64,000 bases of DNA from the human T2T-CHM13v2.0 reference genome, Homo sapiens: positions 22,848,001 to 22,912,000 of the forward strand of contig CP086569.2 of assembly GCA_009914755.4 (NCBI GenBank). The letters run 5' to 3'. Each line of letters opens with the position of its first letter. The first letter of the stretch is position 1. Of the stretch, positions 1-12,304 are shown piece by piece. The notes under the pieces were generated by a model. That model did no database searches, had not been told where the DNA came from, and saw only the letters and a program-made list of their open reading frames with translations. The translations under genes and the position numbers were made by a program.

Positions 1-388
1 GTATGTAAATTTACTGGGATTTTTAGGTCTTTCATGTATCCCAGATGATGGACTGTAGAAGCTTCTAATTGACAAAGTCCAATAGGCACAGATAAAAAGG
101 GCTTCAAGGAAATACTGTTTTCTCCCAGTCAATGAACCAGAAGAGGATGACCTACCAACACACAAATCCAAAGAACACTTCTAGAGAGAATATCCAAGCT
201 ACTCAAAAGTCAAGCCCTGTCTTTGTTTGGGGCTCAGTGTTTAAATGTTAATCTGTTAAATCAGGGTGCACACAATACAATTCTTCTTTTCCACCCACTG
301 GTCTCTACTATTCCTTAATTCCTGCAACATTTTCTGGGAGCTCATCCAGGATTGGAGACAACAGGTATGCTGTTTCTTTTGCCTGTCA
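1..388 (+). repeat. 5' LTR (3' ~390 bp only; start lies upstream of window), ends ...CCTGTCA
   Basis: Positions ~203-388 align to 8914-9100 of the 3' LTR (e.g. AAAGTCAAGCCCT...GGTCTCT...CTTAATTCC). Positions 1-200 align more loosely to 8712-8913. Confidence 0.6.
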
Positions 389-390
389 GA

Positions 391-408
391 CTGGAGCTCC
401 AGGCCAGG
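391..408 (+). promoter_or_regulatory. Candidate primer-binding site (TGGAGCTCCAGGCCAGGA) 3 nt after LTR terminal CA; tRNA identity not determined
   Basis: A TGG-initiated 18-mer immediately follows the inferred LTR end. It does not match the His/Lys/Pro/Glu PBS sequences I can recall. Confidence 0.2.
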
Positions 409-1393
409 AAAGACCTGTGACCCCAGGTGCACCATCAGAAGAACTTCAACCTGAAAGAGAGGCCAGATGTCCTGTGACCCTGTGCACCCCCCGAAAGCAC
501 AATGGAACTTAAGGGGCTACAGGACAATTCCAGGGACAGCATGCTGCTGAACCATGGGAAGGTTTGGGGCCCAAGGAAGGACCCATACCATAAAGATGGA
601 ATGGGAGTCTGATCACCTCCCAGTGCGTATCTAGTTATCCAAATCAGGACACAAGATTTGCTCTCTAATTCAGATGAAACCTACACCATAACCTCTGAAG
701 AGGAACTGAGAGTGGAAACTGTGTGAATGCATGTGCAAGAGTAGGGCGATGTATGTGGGGCTGCAAGTCTCTTAGCATAGACCATATGTCCCAAGTGAAG
801 TGTGGGACCAACCAGGATTACTGGCATATGTCCTCCGGAACTACCACATATGGCTTAGTCAGGCACCACACAATTTAGTGATTGTGGTGGTCTGGGTTCA
901 GGGGTTATACAAACCATCCATTAAAGCTAAGCATCATCTGAAATACTCCCACAGGAGAGGTGGTCTAATCATTCTGAAGCAAAAGTAAAAGAGTAAGTGT
1001 ATGACACTATAACTGGGAGGAGATGTGAGGGAAGTTGTCAAAACCCACCATATTAGAATACACGTTAAAAAGTTTAAGAAATGTTACACTGGGAATTGTA
1101 GTATCAAGTCGACTCCCCAGAGGTAAAAGAGTCTTTGTAAAATAGAGAAGCCCTATTTTAGTGTTGGGTGGCCAGCTGAAGGAACAATAGATGGGGAATA
1201 ATTGACCATGCACATCAAGTGGTGACTGGGGTCAGAGAATAGCCAGGGTATCCAGACCAATTTTTTTATATTGACTTATGGCTAAATATCATCCCAACCA
1301 GCATGGCTACAGTCTTTCCTGATGGCTTACTGCAAAACGCTTGTTGCTCAAGCTGAGCCTAAAGTGAAAGAGGAATCAGCTTCACCAGCAGCA

Positions 1394-2576
1394 ATGGAGA
1401 AAAAGGGAAAGCCATAAGAAGGGCAAGAAAAACTGGCTTTGTGGAAACCACCAGAAGAGACAGAAATCCCTCCTCCCTATACCCCAATTAGCCCCCTTTT
1501 ACCAAGGCCAATGGCCCATGAGGAGTCAAATTCAGATGGTGACACACCCTGGGTTTCACCCCAAAGGGAGAAATCAGAGCCCCTGCCCCAGGAGGTCAAG
1601 GAGGAGTGTCAGAATAATCAAGTGAGCTGCCTCTGCTATGGCCATGCCCTGGTTCTGCAGATGCCTTTCAAGGAGACTTGGGGAGGCCTCTACTTTGATG
1701 AATATGGCCATACGTAAGGGGGGAAATGGACCCTTATCTACCAGCCTATTTCAATCACTGATCCCCTAACTGGAAACACCATATTCTCTCCTACATGAAG
1801 AAGCCCCTGGCCCTCATAGATCTGATACAGTCCATTTTCCAGACACATAATTCAATTTGTCCAGATAGTAAACATCTTCTCCTGATGCTGTTTAACACCA
1901 AAGAGCATGGAAGGATGGCTCATTCAGCCCTCAACTGGCCAGAAGCCCATGTGCCAGAAGGCACATTTAATTTCCAGGCATACTCTCAGGTCCAGTTCCC
2001 AGAAGCACACTCCCACTGGGACCCAGATGATTTGACCAGTTTCAGCATCTGCAGGCATACTGAAAACCACTCTTGCAAAGGCTAAAGGAAGGCAGAAAAC
2101 AGGTAATCAATATAGAAAAAATCTCAGAAGTGCTTCAAGAAACTGACGAGAGCCCTAGCAAGTTTTATTAGAAACTGTTTGAGGCATTCTGGCTTTACAC
2201 TCCATTTGACCCCAAGGATAAGAACCAGCAGATAGTAAATGCAGCATTTGTAGGACAAGCCCAGGGGGACATAAGATGAAAAGTGCAAAAGCTAGATGGT
2301 TTTGCAGGCATGAATGCCACCCAGCTTTCAGAATTGGCCACGAAGGTGTATGTTAACTGTGACCAGAAAGCACAAAGTGAGGCTGATTGGAGACTCAGGA
2401 AGAAGGCCGATCTACTAGTGGCAGCCCTCATGGAAAGGGAAGCTATCATCACAAGCAGATGCAGATGCAGACTCAGATGTGGAAGGGGCCAAGCAGGGCA
2501 GAGACCCAAAAGTCAGCTGAGACTAGATAGAGATCAATATTTGCACTGCAAAAAAAGGGGGTCCCTGGAAAAATAA
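1394..2576 (+). pseudogene. gag remnant (MA/p12 with PPPY, CA, NC)
   Basis: ORF 1439-1717 has PPPYTPISPLLP. ORF 1795-2085 has LIDLIQSIFQTHN (compare MLV CA LTALIESVLITHQPTW). ORF 2283-2576 ends ...RLDRDQYLHCKKRGSLEK (compare MLV NC DRDQCAYCKEKGHW). Interrupted by stops. Confidence 0.75.
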
Positions 2577-2747
2577 GTGTTTAGAGGGTAGTAAAAGAAA
2601 TAACAGAGGACACAAAACTATCAAACAGCCAGCCAAGGACCACCACACCATGAGGGAGCCAGGCATCAACTTAATTGGGCTGGCAGAGACCGAAAAATAG
2701 GAAGACTATGCAAGACCGGGCTCCATCTCCCAAGTCCCCAGGAGCCC

Positions 2748-3107
2748 ATGATCACAGTAGAAGTAGGGGAGCAACAGATGGACTTTATGGTGAACACCAG
2801 CTCTAAACACTCAGTAGTGACACAGCCCATAGGGCCACTATCTAAACATGATACAACTATTATTGGGGCTACAAGGGATCCAGAAAGGAGGCCATCTTGC
2901 TGGCCTAGAAGGTATGTCATAGAGGGACAAGAAGTCCAACATGAATTCCTATACCTCCCAAGTTGCTCAGATCCCCTACATGGAAGAGATCTGCTCCAGA
3001 AACTGACAGCACAGATTTCTTTTGGGCCACACGAGGATATAACTTTAAGCCTAACTCACCCAAAGGTCATGGTGTTAACCCTCATTATTCTGCAGGCTGA
3101 GGAATGA
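2748..3107 (+). pseudogene. retroviral aspartic protease remnant
   Basis: ORF contains DFMVNTSS (degenerate LVDTGA active site) and GRDLLQKLTAQISF (compare MLV GRDLLTKLKAQIHF). Confidence 0.7.
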
Positions 3108-3289
3108 AGAGTATAGACAAAACAGTCACCAGAACTGTCTCATAAGCCAGGGCTGGAGAAAGTGTTTACACTACTGGGTAAAATTTTTGGAGTATGGGCT
3201 AACAATAACCCACTGAGCCTGGCTGTAAAGGCTGTAAATCAGGCACTGATAATAGTAAAGCTAAAACCAGGAGCAACTCCAGTTCAGGT

Positions 3290-4500
3290 TCACCAATACC
3301 TATTTCTCTGAGAAGACACGCGGGGTATTCACAAACATTTAAAGTGACCCTTCAAACACAGAATCTTAGTCTGGTAGTCTGGTGTGAGTCACCCTGGAAC
3401 ACTCCACTGCTACCAAAACAAAATACAGAGTCTGGTAAATCTAAACCAGTGCAAAACTTACATGAAATGAACCAGGCTACTGTAACCTTCCACCTGGTGA
3501 TACCAAATCCGTACATGCTAATAAGATTCATTCTGGCAAGTGCTGCCTGATTTACTTGACTAGACTTAAAGAATATTTTCTTCTATCTGTGCCTGGCACC
3601 AATTAGTCAGCCCATCTTTGCATTTCAATGGGACGATTGAGTCACAGGCACAGGGGAGCAGCTCACATGGACTAGACTCCCACAAAGATTCAAAAACACT
3701 CCTACAATCTTTGGAGACACACTGGCCTCAGACATCAAGGCCTTCACCACACCAAATGACAACTACACCTTGCTACAATACATAAACGACCTTCTCCTAG
3801 CAGCCCCAACCCCAGGGGGCAGATACCAAGGAATCCAAGACTTCCTCCATCTCCTTTATGGAAAACTGGTTATAACGTATTCAGAAAGAAGGCCAAATTT
3901 GCCAAGAAAGTGTCAAATATCTGGACTTCATAGTAAGCCAATGGGAACACCAGCTCAGCAGTGAGCAAAAGCCATGTCTTTATGCACTCTCAACTCAAAC
4001 CACCCAGTGCCAAATGGGAAAATTCTTGGGGAATGCAGGGTTCTGCTGTATCTGGGTCCCAAATTTCTCACTAATTGCCAAGCCCTTATATAAAGGCACA
4101 AAGAGAGGGGAAAGGAAACCCCTCCTTTGAGAGGCTGTCCAGGAAAAGAAGGTGTTTAAACAAGCCAAAGAAGCCTTAACACAGGCCCAAGCCATAGGAC
4201 TGCCAAATATAAGTAAGCCTTTCTTTCCACATGTCCATGAATAAAAGGGATTGGCTATAGGTGTCCTGACCCAAGTTGTGAAATCATGAATTCGCCCGGT
4301 GATGTACTTATCCACACAATTGAACTCCTTGGCCCTAGCATAGCCTCCTTGCCTTAGGGCACTAGCTGACACCACCCTATTGGAACAACAAGATAGAAAA
4401 CTAGCTCTAAGACAACAGCTGACCATCTGGGTATACCACAGTCAGTTCTAACTTTAATGGATTAGACAGCGCACTATTAGTTATCAAATCCAAGAGTGAC
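3290..4500 (+). pseudogene. reverse transcriptase remnant
   Basis: SPWNTPLLPKQ...PVQNL...VIPNPY (3344-3550). PIFAFQWDD...LTWTRLPQRFKNTPTIF...LLQYINDLLLAAPT in an adjoining frame (~3610-3800). YIND = YXDD box at ~3779-3790. Frameshifted. Confidence 0.8.
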
Positions 4501-5100
4501 TCAGTACCAGGGGCTCATATGCAAAAATCCCGACATAACTTTGGAAATAATAAACACCCTTAACCTGGCTACCTTAGTCCCAGTCAAACCAGGGGTCCTC
4601 CTTCATGACTCTGTGGAAACAGTAGATGATGTATTCTCAAGCCAGAAAGACCTTATAGAGCAACCCCTCTGGGACCCAGATGGTAAATACTATATACTGA
4701 AAGGGGTCCGTGAAACTGGGTATGCAGTGATAACATTAGATTCAGTGGTAGAAGCTCAGCCCACCAGAACATCAGCCCAAAAGGCAGAGCTAATAGCCCT
4801 AATGAGAGCGTTCTGCTGACAAAACGTAAAATGGCCAATGTTTATACTGATTCCAAGTATACTTTTGCCACGCTGCCTGATAATGGGGCTATATATAAAG
4901 AAAAAGGATTCTTAACTGCGGTGGGCCAAAAAGAAAAAAAAGTACAAAGAAAAAATTCTGCAACTCTTAGATGCTGTATGGACTCCAAAGAAGACAGCTG
5001 CTATGCACTGCAAGGGGCACCAAAAGCCAGGATCACTGGAGGCCAAAAGGAACAAAAAGGTAGACAGGTATGCAAAAGGGGCAGCAATGACTACCCATAG
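4496..5100 (+). pseudogene. RNase H remnant
   Basis: ...TSAQKAELIALMRA... then ANVYTDSKYTFATLPDNGAIYKEKGFLTAVGQKEKK (compare MLV [37 protein letters not shown]). Confidence 0.75.
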
Positions 5101-5159
5101 ACAGACAGACAGCCATAGCTGACTCTCCTCCCAAATATGCACCTCTCAGAGGTTTCAAG

Positions 5160-6110
5160 TTACCTCCAAATGAGAAGCTCTGCTTTTCCCAAGGGTCTGG
5201 AAAATATATAAAAAGGGACGGTGAAAATTCTCCAATAGGAGGCTAGCCAACCACGAAATGCTGGCCCCAAAATTTGTAAAACAATTCCATCAAGGAACCC
5301 ACATGGGAAAAATGTCACTGAAAACACTGCTAGGACACCATTTCTATGTGCCACAGCTCACTGTCATCACTTGATCTGTCTGCAAACAATGTCTAACTTG
5401 TGCCCAGAACATTCCATGACAAGGGCCCACTTGGCCCCTGGGAATTCAGGAAATGGGAGCCACACCCTGTGAAAACCTTCTTAGAAACTTCACTGAGATG
5501 CCCCAATCAGTGGGCTGTAAGTACATACTGGTGATTTTCTGTACCTTTTCAGGATGAGTTGAGGCTTTCCCCACCCTAACAGAGAAATCATGAGAAGTAA
5601 CAGAAGTACTGTTAAGAGACGATATCCCCAGATTGAGAATGCCTCTAACTCTAGGGTCAGAAAATGGACTGAAATTTGTGACCGAGACAGTTCAGGGACT
5701 ATTTTCCACTGGCCATCCCCAATCATAGCTCAAATTAGGGGTGAACTTTGCAAACTAGGGAATTAACTTTAAGAAGGCAAAGGCAGGCGTTAAAGAGAGC
5801 CATGCAAGAGGTCCATGGCTGGGTATGGGAAAGATTGTCCATAAGCCCAACAAACACAGCACACCACTTTAGACCTGGGGACTCTGTGTAGGTCAGAAAT
5901 AAAATCCAACCACTCTAGAACCCATATGGGATGGGCCCCATCCTGCAACCTTGTCCACTTCCACTGCTGTTAACATTGCAGAAATTGTGCGTTGGATCCA
6001 CCACAGTCAACTAAAACTTGCAGCCCAAGACAAGTGGACCAGCAAACATGACCCAGACCATCTGAGCTGGCTAATCCTATGACCTATTTGCCCTGAGAAA
6101 TGATGAAGCC
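5160..6110 (+). pseudogene. integrase remnant
   Basis: HQGTHMGKMSLKTLL...HHFYVP (zinc-binding N-terminus), CAQNIP..., DFTEMPQSVGCKYILVIFCTFSG-VEAFP, PRLRMPLTLGSENGLKFV (DDE core). Multiple stops. Confidence 0.7.
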
Positions 6111-6347
6111 CTACTCTGGTCATTCCGAAAGCTGACTAGTCTGTTCTCAGCTAAAACTTGAGGAGTCAACAGCCCTGCTGTAGTCATCCTGGAAGCTGAC
6201 TACTGTACGTACGTTTGAAGCTGGAGTAAAATATAATAAAATAGTGATAAAAATCTTAAATCCAATCATTGTTTTACTATTGTTCTCTCACTTTGCTCAA
6301 CCTCCTCCCCTGTGTAAAAACTTCTTCTTTTCCTCCCTGGTATAAAC

Positions 6348-8328
6348 ATGTTACTCTTTACTTATTTCCTATTCCAGGCAATAGGAAAGCTAAGCCCACT
6401 TCTTTTCCTCCTAACTATAATACTCCCCTTATTTGTTTCAGAAAAGGAGACCAGAGAAGAGTGCCCACACTGCACTAACAATATGGTCAGGGAGCACCAT
6501 AACCAAAACCCTGTTATATCACACTTATTAAAAGTGTACAGGGACCCACCTAGAAACTTGTACTCACAACGAAACTACTCAGTCTGTGACCCAGGAAATG
6601 GCTAGACTTATATGTGTTATAACCCCAAATTCCTACCTGAGACCTCTTTTAAAATTCATGGGTCAATAGAAGGAAACCTGCTACACCAAACCAAGGTCTC
6701 ATCCTCCCATTGGGGAGTTATGTCCTTATCCTTTAATATATGCCAGTTAACATCCATGGGCTCAACCTTTCCCATAATCTCTAATTCTGAAGAGCACTAT
6801 AATAGTTGCCACAAAAATATATGTTCACCCCTTGCTTTCTTTGCCAGTTTCTCAGAGACAATTTGCTGGAACTGCATAATTCAGTCCTGTAACCTGCAAT
6901 CACTGGGGTGAGTCATACTTACAGCAAAAACAAACTGTAAGGCAAGCACTTGCTACCTGGAAAATCTCAGTACCTTAAAACCGTATCTGGCTGTATGGGC
7001 TACAAGTTTAAAGGCTCCTCTAGGAATACAAGTTAGTGGCCAGAAAACAGACTCAAAAGCCTATTTACATATTATCAAGAAATCTCGGATGGTTACACCT
7101 GAAAACTCTGTTTTAAAATCATTCTGTAAAAATTTCAACCAGGAACTGTTTGAACCCTCTCTCTTAGCCAGAAGCCTATTCAGTTGAAGTATATGGAAGC
7201 CTATTCAGTTGATGTATATTCAACTGGCTGAAAACATAGCCAGCAGCCTACATATCTCCTCATGCTATGTTTGTGGTTGGACCAACATGGGACACCAATG
7301 GCCATGGGAGGCAAGAAAGCTAATGCCCCAAGATAACTTCACTCTTACTGTCTCTTCCCCTGAACCTGTGTTCACAAGCCAGAGCATCTGATTCTTAAAG
7401 ACCTCCATTATCAGAATATTATGCATTTCTTGTTGGAGAAAAACCTTACAGGCCCAGTAGGAAAGTCAACTTGCCTAGAACAATAATATTACAATAAAAC
7501 AGTAGGAAAAACTGTATGTTGTGGTAAAAATAATTCCAAACTGCCCCAACCAGGCCCATTCTCCTGATTCCCTTCTTTAAAGCATTCTTTGTACCAACTT
7601 AACGCTCCTAATACCCGTCAGGTGCCCTCTGAGCTCTACTGGATCTGTGGGCCATGGGCATATTGCCCATTGCTGGCTAAATGGTCAGGGGCCAGTGTAC
7701 TGGAAAAAATTAGGCTGTCTCCTTTCTAATCGCCTTAGGACAGGGAGGACCTTTAGGGTATCCGGTCTATTATAAAACAAATACAGAACAAACAAACAAA
7801 AGACATAACCATAAGAAATTGGTAAAACAATTAATGACCCCCTAAAAATTCCAACACCATGGCTCAGCCACCTGGACAGAAAATGGAATTTGGGGATACT
7901 GCACTCCTATTTACATATTCTACCACAACATAAGGTTACAGGCAGTGCTGAAAATTATTACTAATAACACTGCAAAGACCCTAAATCTGCAGGCCCAACA
8001 AGCCACAAAAATGAAGAATGCTATTCATCGAAATAGACTGTCTTTAAACTACTTCCTAGTCCAGGAAGGAAGGGTATGTGGAAAGTTCAATCTAACTAAA
8101 TGCTGCCTAGAAAGATCATTAAGAATACAACTTCCAAAATCCAAAAATTGGCCCATGTTACAGTCCAGCCTTTTAAAGGGTAGTCTCCAGTTTCCCTCTT
8201 TGGGGGCTTGTTTTCATCCTTTGAAGAATTTAAGATCTTAGTAAAAATAGTTCTAGCCATACTAGGATTCTGCCTTGTTCTAATTTGTCTCTTACCCTCC
8301 TTGTTAAAAACATTCAAGCAGCCATAGA
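6348..8328 (+). pseudogene. env remnant (SU + TM)
   Basis: Hydrophobic N-terminus MLLFTYFLFQ. CWNC (CXXC) motif at ~6864-6875. TM region ORF 7945-8241 has an immunosuppressive-domain-like [30 protein letters not shown]. Stop near 8326. Confidence 0.7.
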
Positions 8329-8490
8329 GGCTCTTGTAAACAAACACACGACTACTCAACTAATGGCTCTAACTAAACATCAACCCCTGCCAAATAGGGA
8401 ACTGCTCCCCCTTGAAGAATTACTAGGTGATTCTCTCTATTAATCCTCATTTACAAAAAGCATGAAAGGTGGAAATGAAACAGGGAATGT

Positions 8491-8509
8491 TAAAAAAAAA
8501 AACATATTC
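8491..8509 (+). promoter_or_regulatory. A-rich polypurine-tract-like segment immediately 5' of 3' LTR
   Basis: TAAAAAAAAAAACATATTC directly precedes the TGTG start of the 3' LTR. Confidence 0.3.
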
Positions 8510-9100
8510 TGTGTACTGAGCTGACTCACTCCAAAAACCCAGGGATAAGCCAGGCCCTGTTGGGGCTCTGATAGCACTATCAGCAGAGATGGGGCCTGTA
8601 AAGAATGGGTTCCAGGAGCAGGAGTGAAAATAACACGTTCTTATCTGTTTCCCCTCTATAGTACTCTCACCCAATACCATTATTCTTTGATGTGCTCTCA
8701 CATATACTTTTATAACTACTTCTGGAAGTTGACAAAAATTTTGTAGGTTTCTGTTTTCCCATCCATATATAATTGAAAGTCATGATACATGCCTGAGTTA
8801 TAACACCTGTCACTTTTTTTTAAAAACTCTCTTCATTCTACTCCTATAAGCTTGCTTGCCCATCCTGCAGATTTCATGCCATTAGCTGCCAACCCTCTTC
8901 AGTTGCATGTATGAAAGTCAAGCCCTATCTTTGTTCAGGGCTCAGTCTTTAAATGTTATTCCGCTAAGTCAACGTACGCCCAATAAAATCCTCCTGTTCC
9001 ACCCATTGGTCTCTCCTGTCCCTTAATTCCCACAAGAGTGGGAGCTTTGTCCTTTGTTTCAGGGATGAGCAAACAGCCAGGCTCTTTTCTTTTGGGACCA
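8510..9100 (+). repeat. 3' LTR (~590 bp, TGTG...ACCA)
   Basis: Aligns to the 5' LTR portion (offset ~8711) and to the fragment at 23560-23826. Contains CAATAAAATC (AATAAA at 8983-8988). Confidence 0.65.
8983..8988 (+). terminator. AATAAA polyadenylation signal within 3' LTR R region (mutated in 5' LTR copy)
   Basis: CAATAAAATCCTCCTG in the 3' LTR. The 5' LTR has ACAATACAATTC at the homologous place. Confidence 0.3.
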
Positions 9101-9657
9101 AAGTATTTCATCCTCAAATATGAAAGTAATTTTCTCAAGGAAAGCCACCTCTTACTCCCTCCCAAACATTGGAAATACATCTTAAAAATATTTCCAAAAT
9201 GTCTGGTTAGCAGTTTCTTGGGTATAGTCATGGCATTCAGTAACATATAGAATTACTTAAAGAGGCAAGGGATTTTGAGAAGTTTGATTTTGCTTATTCC
9301 AGAATAAATGCGTTTTGGAAACCACTCTGTAAGACCTGATCTAGAGCCTGTCTCTGCTGGGCAGTTTCCTTGGGGCTGATCATACAACAGTGAATCAAAC
9401 CAAGCTCGTGTCATCCTGAATTTCTAGACACTGAGGCAGATGGTCAGCAAACCATTACCCAAGACTGTAGTAGAGTTGGGCTGAAGCAGATGAGTAGGGG
9501 CCATGGCTACAAGAGGGAGTTTTGACCGGCAGCCATTTGTCACAGACCTGGGAAAGGGACTGAAACAAGGTAATAAGATAAAGGAATTCAACTGAATAAC
9601 TTGGTGTTCTGCCTCTGAGGTGGAATGTAGATTATAATACTGGATTTAGAAATTATT

Positions 9658-9908
9658 TACTGGGTGCAGTGGCTCTTTTGGAGGCTGAGATGAGTGCATC
9701 ATGAGGTCAGGAGATTGAGACCATCCTGGCTAACGTGGTGAAACACCATCTCTACTAAAAATACAAAAATTAGCCAGGCATGGTGTCATGGGCTTGTAAT
9801 CCCACCTACTTGTGAGGCTGAGGAAGGAGAATCAATTGAACCCAGGGGGTGGAGGTTGCATTAAGCTGACTGCTCAACTGCACTCCAGCCTAGGTGAAAG
9901 AGTGAGAT
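9658..9908 (+). mobile_element. Alu (internally deleted near 5' end)
   Basis: TGGGTGCAGTGGCTC...GAGGTCAGGAGATTGAGACCATCCTGGCTAACGTGGTGAAAC...GCACTCCAGCCTAGGTGAAAGAGTGAGA. Confidence 0.9.
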
Positions 9909-9909
9909 T

Positions 9910-9910
9910 C

Positions 9911-9952
<42 letters not shown>
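9910..9952 (+). repeat. (AAT)n microsatellite replacing Alu poly(A) tail
   Basis: AATAATAATAAT... about 14 units. Confidence 0.95.
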
Positions 9953-9953
<1 letters not shown>

Positions 9954-12304
9954 TAAAAAAACATTATTAAGCAGCATAGTGAGTAACATTGGTGTTACTG
10001 AGAATTTTTTATATTCATCATTTCACTTCTTCTAGCCTCAATGGAAATTGAAAAGGCTGAAATATGCTCTCTCTGATGCAAGGGGCACAATGGACATACT
10101 TCATTTCTTTCCGTTGTGTCCAAAGAGGTTTCAGTATTCCACCACGTAGGTACAAAATATAAACCAGAGCAGTGAAGTAGTTTTGCTTCCTTTCTTCCTT
10201 AATAAAGAGGTGCTTAAATAATATTACTATCTTGAAATTACTATTTCATATAAGAAAGCAATCTCATTTATAAGTAACTTTTTTCTTCTTGTTCTTCTAG
10301 CACACAGAAAGTTGCCTTTCTACTTGCAGAAATGATTAACTGTCTCTTAAGGTATTTTAATTTCATGAGAAGGATTGAGAAGAGATGGTGGGTGGAGACA
10401 GAGAAAAAACTGTGTTGCTTTTCTCCTGTTTTTGAAACTAACTCAGTCCCTGCTGATGACTTTAGAACAAGGCAGAGCAAAAAGGTTCATGACCCTCTGG
10501 TGAACCTATAAATTCTTCTGTATATTTGCATTGCTTACTCATAAAAAAATAGGTTATGGGTAGAACTGGAAGAGAAAGGTCAGCATAATTGTTTCTGAGA
10601 ATGAGGTCTATTTAAACATTTGAGATGTAGGGACCCGTGCCATGATGCAGAGGGAACAGACAATTTGTTGAAATATGGGCCTTCCCTGGAAGAGATAGAA
10701 ACAGAAGAAACAAGTATGTGTATATTTTCAAGAAGCAGGTACAAGATATTGCACAATTAATGTGCTGGAGTGATTACTTTTCACTTCAGAAATAAGGAAG
10801 AGTTGGAATTTCAGTTTGGTCTCCAACAGCATATCACCCTTTATGACAGAATGGAAATGTCACCAGCTGAGGAGATAGTGAAGGCAAATGCCAAGCAAGG
10901 AAGCTACAGCCATAGTCAGACCCCAGAAAATGGGTTGGTACAGATGAAACATTTGTAGTACAATGTTGGTGGTGTTATGTGAAATCAATCTGGAAAGAAA
11001 AAGGCAGATTATCAGAGCCCAGAATACCATGGCATTGGACTCTACCAGAGCAGAGACACTGTACATGAGATACAATCTTCCCCTCAGGGAATGCCTGGTG
11101 CAGATGACCACAGGTTTCTCGCAGGCAGAGACTGAATTCACAGAGAGCCTTGACAGGGCTGTTTCAGTATTCCAGGCAGATGATGAGGAAGACCCCTCTT
11201 GCAGCCACAGGACAGAGAGTGTGAATGTGCCAGGGCTAGTTACTGGGTGGATGGAAGATGGCTCATGAGCGAAGGACTGGGATGATCACTCCTGGGATGA
11301 AGCTGGTGCTGTGGAGTTTCTACATGTGTATGGAAAGAAACTATCAGAAATGTGGATGGGAGGCTAGGTATAGAGATCAGGAGTGGAGTAAAAGATATGG
11401 AAAGGATCCACATCAGAGTAATCGCTGAAACTCTAAGAAGGGCTGCCGTCCATTTGCAAGACTCAGTTTCAACACAAACAAAAAATTAAGAATAATAATA
11501 AATTTAAAAAAGAGCTGAAATAAGAGGCTGTCAATGTCAGCTAGTTGGCTGTAGAAGAACCAAACAGTGAAGGTGGCTGCCAGTCCAAGGTTGCTTCCAG
11601 GGGCATACATTGCCTCCCTCCTTCCTCTGGTTCTCTGCTTCCCTTCCATATTCTGATTCTGGCCTAGCAGATAAATTTATCTGTCCAATTAATAGACCTG
11701 CTAAGTCTTGCTTGAATTACAGCAACATATGAATGTTCCTTAGATTCCTGGTTAATTCAAATCTGAAGCACAGGACACTTGAGGGAAATTAATCACTTCC
11801 TTCATTGAGATGACCTATTTGTTTTCCATTGATGATAGCAATGATTCCAATTTTAAAAATTAGTTCACTGGCATACACGATGGAATTATAGTACTGCATT
11901 TTTAAACACTTAAAATGTTTTATAAATGTGTTTGTGTATTTTGTGCTTTCATGCCCATCTGTTTTAGAGAAGATGATTCTGGAATCAATGAAGATGTTCG
12001 ACAGCTTCTCCAGTCACAGAATTTCTCATTCATTACACTAAAAAGAGCTGTTTTTCTAAGCTTATATTTCCTAAATTTTAAATGAGTATAACCTATCATA
12101 TTGATTAACTCCAGGCCTACTCTTTAAAGATTAAGCTATTTTCTTTCCTCTCCAGTGAAGGACTGCCATCTGTAAAATGAGGTCATCTTTTGCCGGCACA
12201 TTTCAGTTTTCTCCCGGAACATAAAAACACACAGAAATTCCTAGGCTTTATGAATAGTACAATATTGCCTCTGATCTTTACATTTAATACCTGTGGTTTG
12301 AATG

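Larger units (their letters stand above)
1..9100 (+). mobile_element. Class I (gammaretrovirus-like) endogenous retrovirus provirus, LTR-gag-pro-pol-env-LTR, heavily mutated; 5' LTR truncated by window start
   Basis: Translated ORF fragments show, in order: gag (PPPY late domain, CA motif LIDLIQSIFQTHN, degenerate NC CCHC), protease (GRDLLQKL), RT (SPWNTPLLP..., LQYINDLLLAA = YXDD), RNase H (YTDSKYTFA), integrase, env (CWNC SU motif, TM immunosuppressive-like domain [29 protein letters not shown]). Homologous LTR sequence at both ends (1-388 vs 8712-9100). Confidence 0.85.

Noticed and set aside
10963-11268. 101-aa ORF in unique sequence (MLVVLCEINLERKRQIIRAQNTMALDSTRAETLYMRYNLPLRECLVQMTTGFSQAETEF...)
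   Set aside because: It has no recognisable domain, no flanking splice or initiation context, and a composition typical of random open frames in AT-moderate DNA. I kept it out of the features list.
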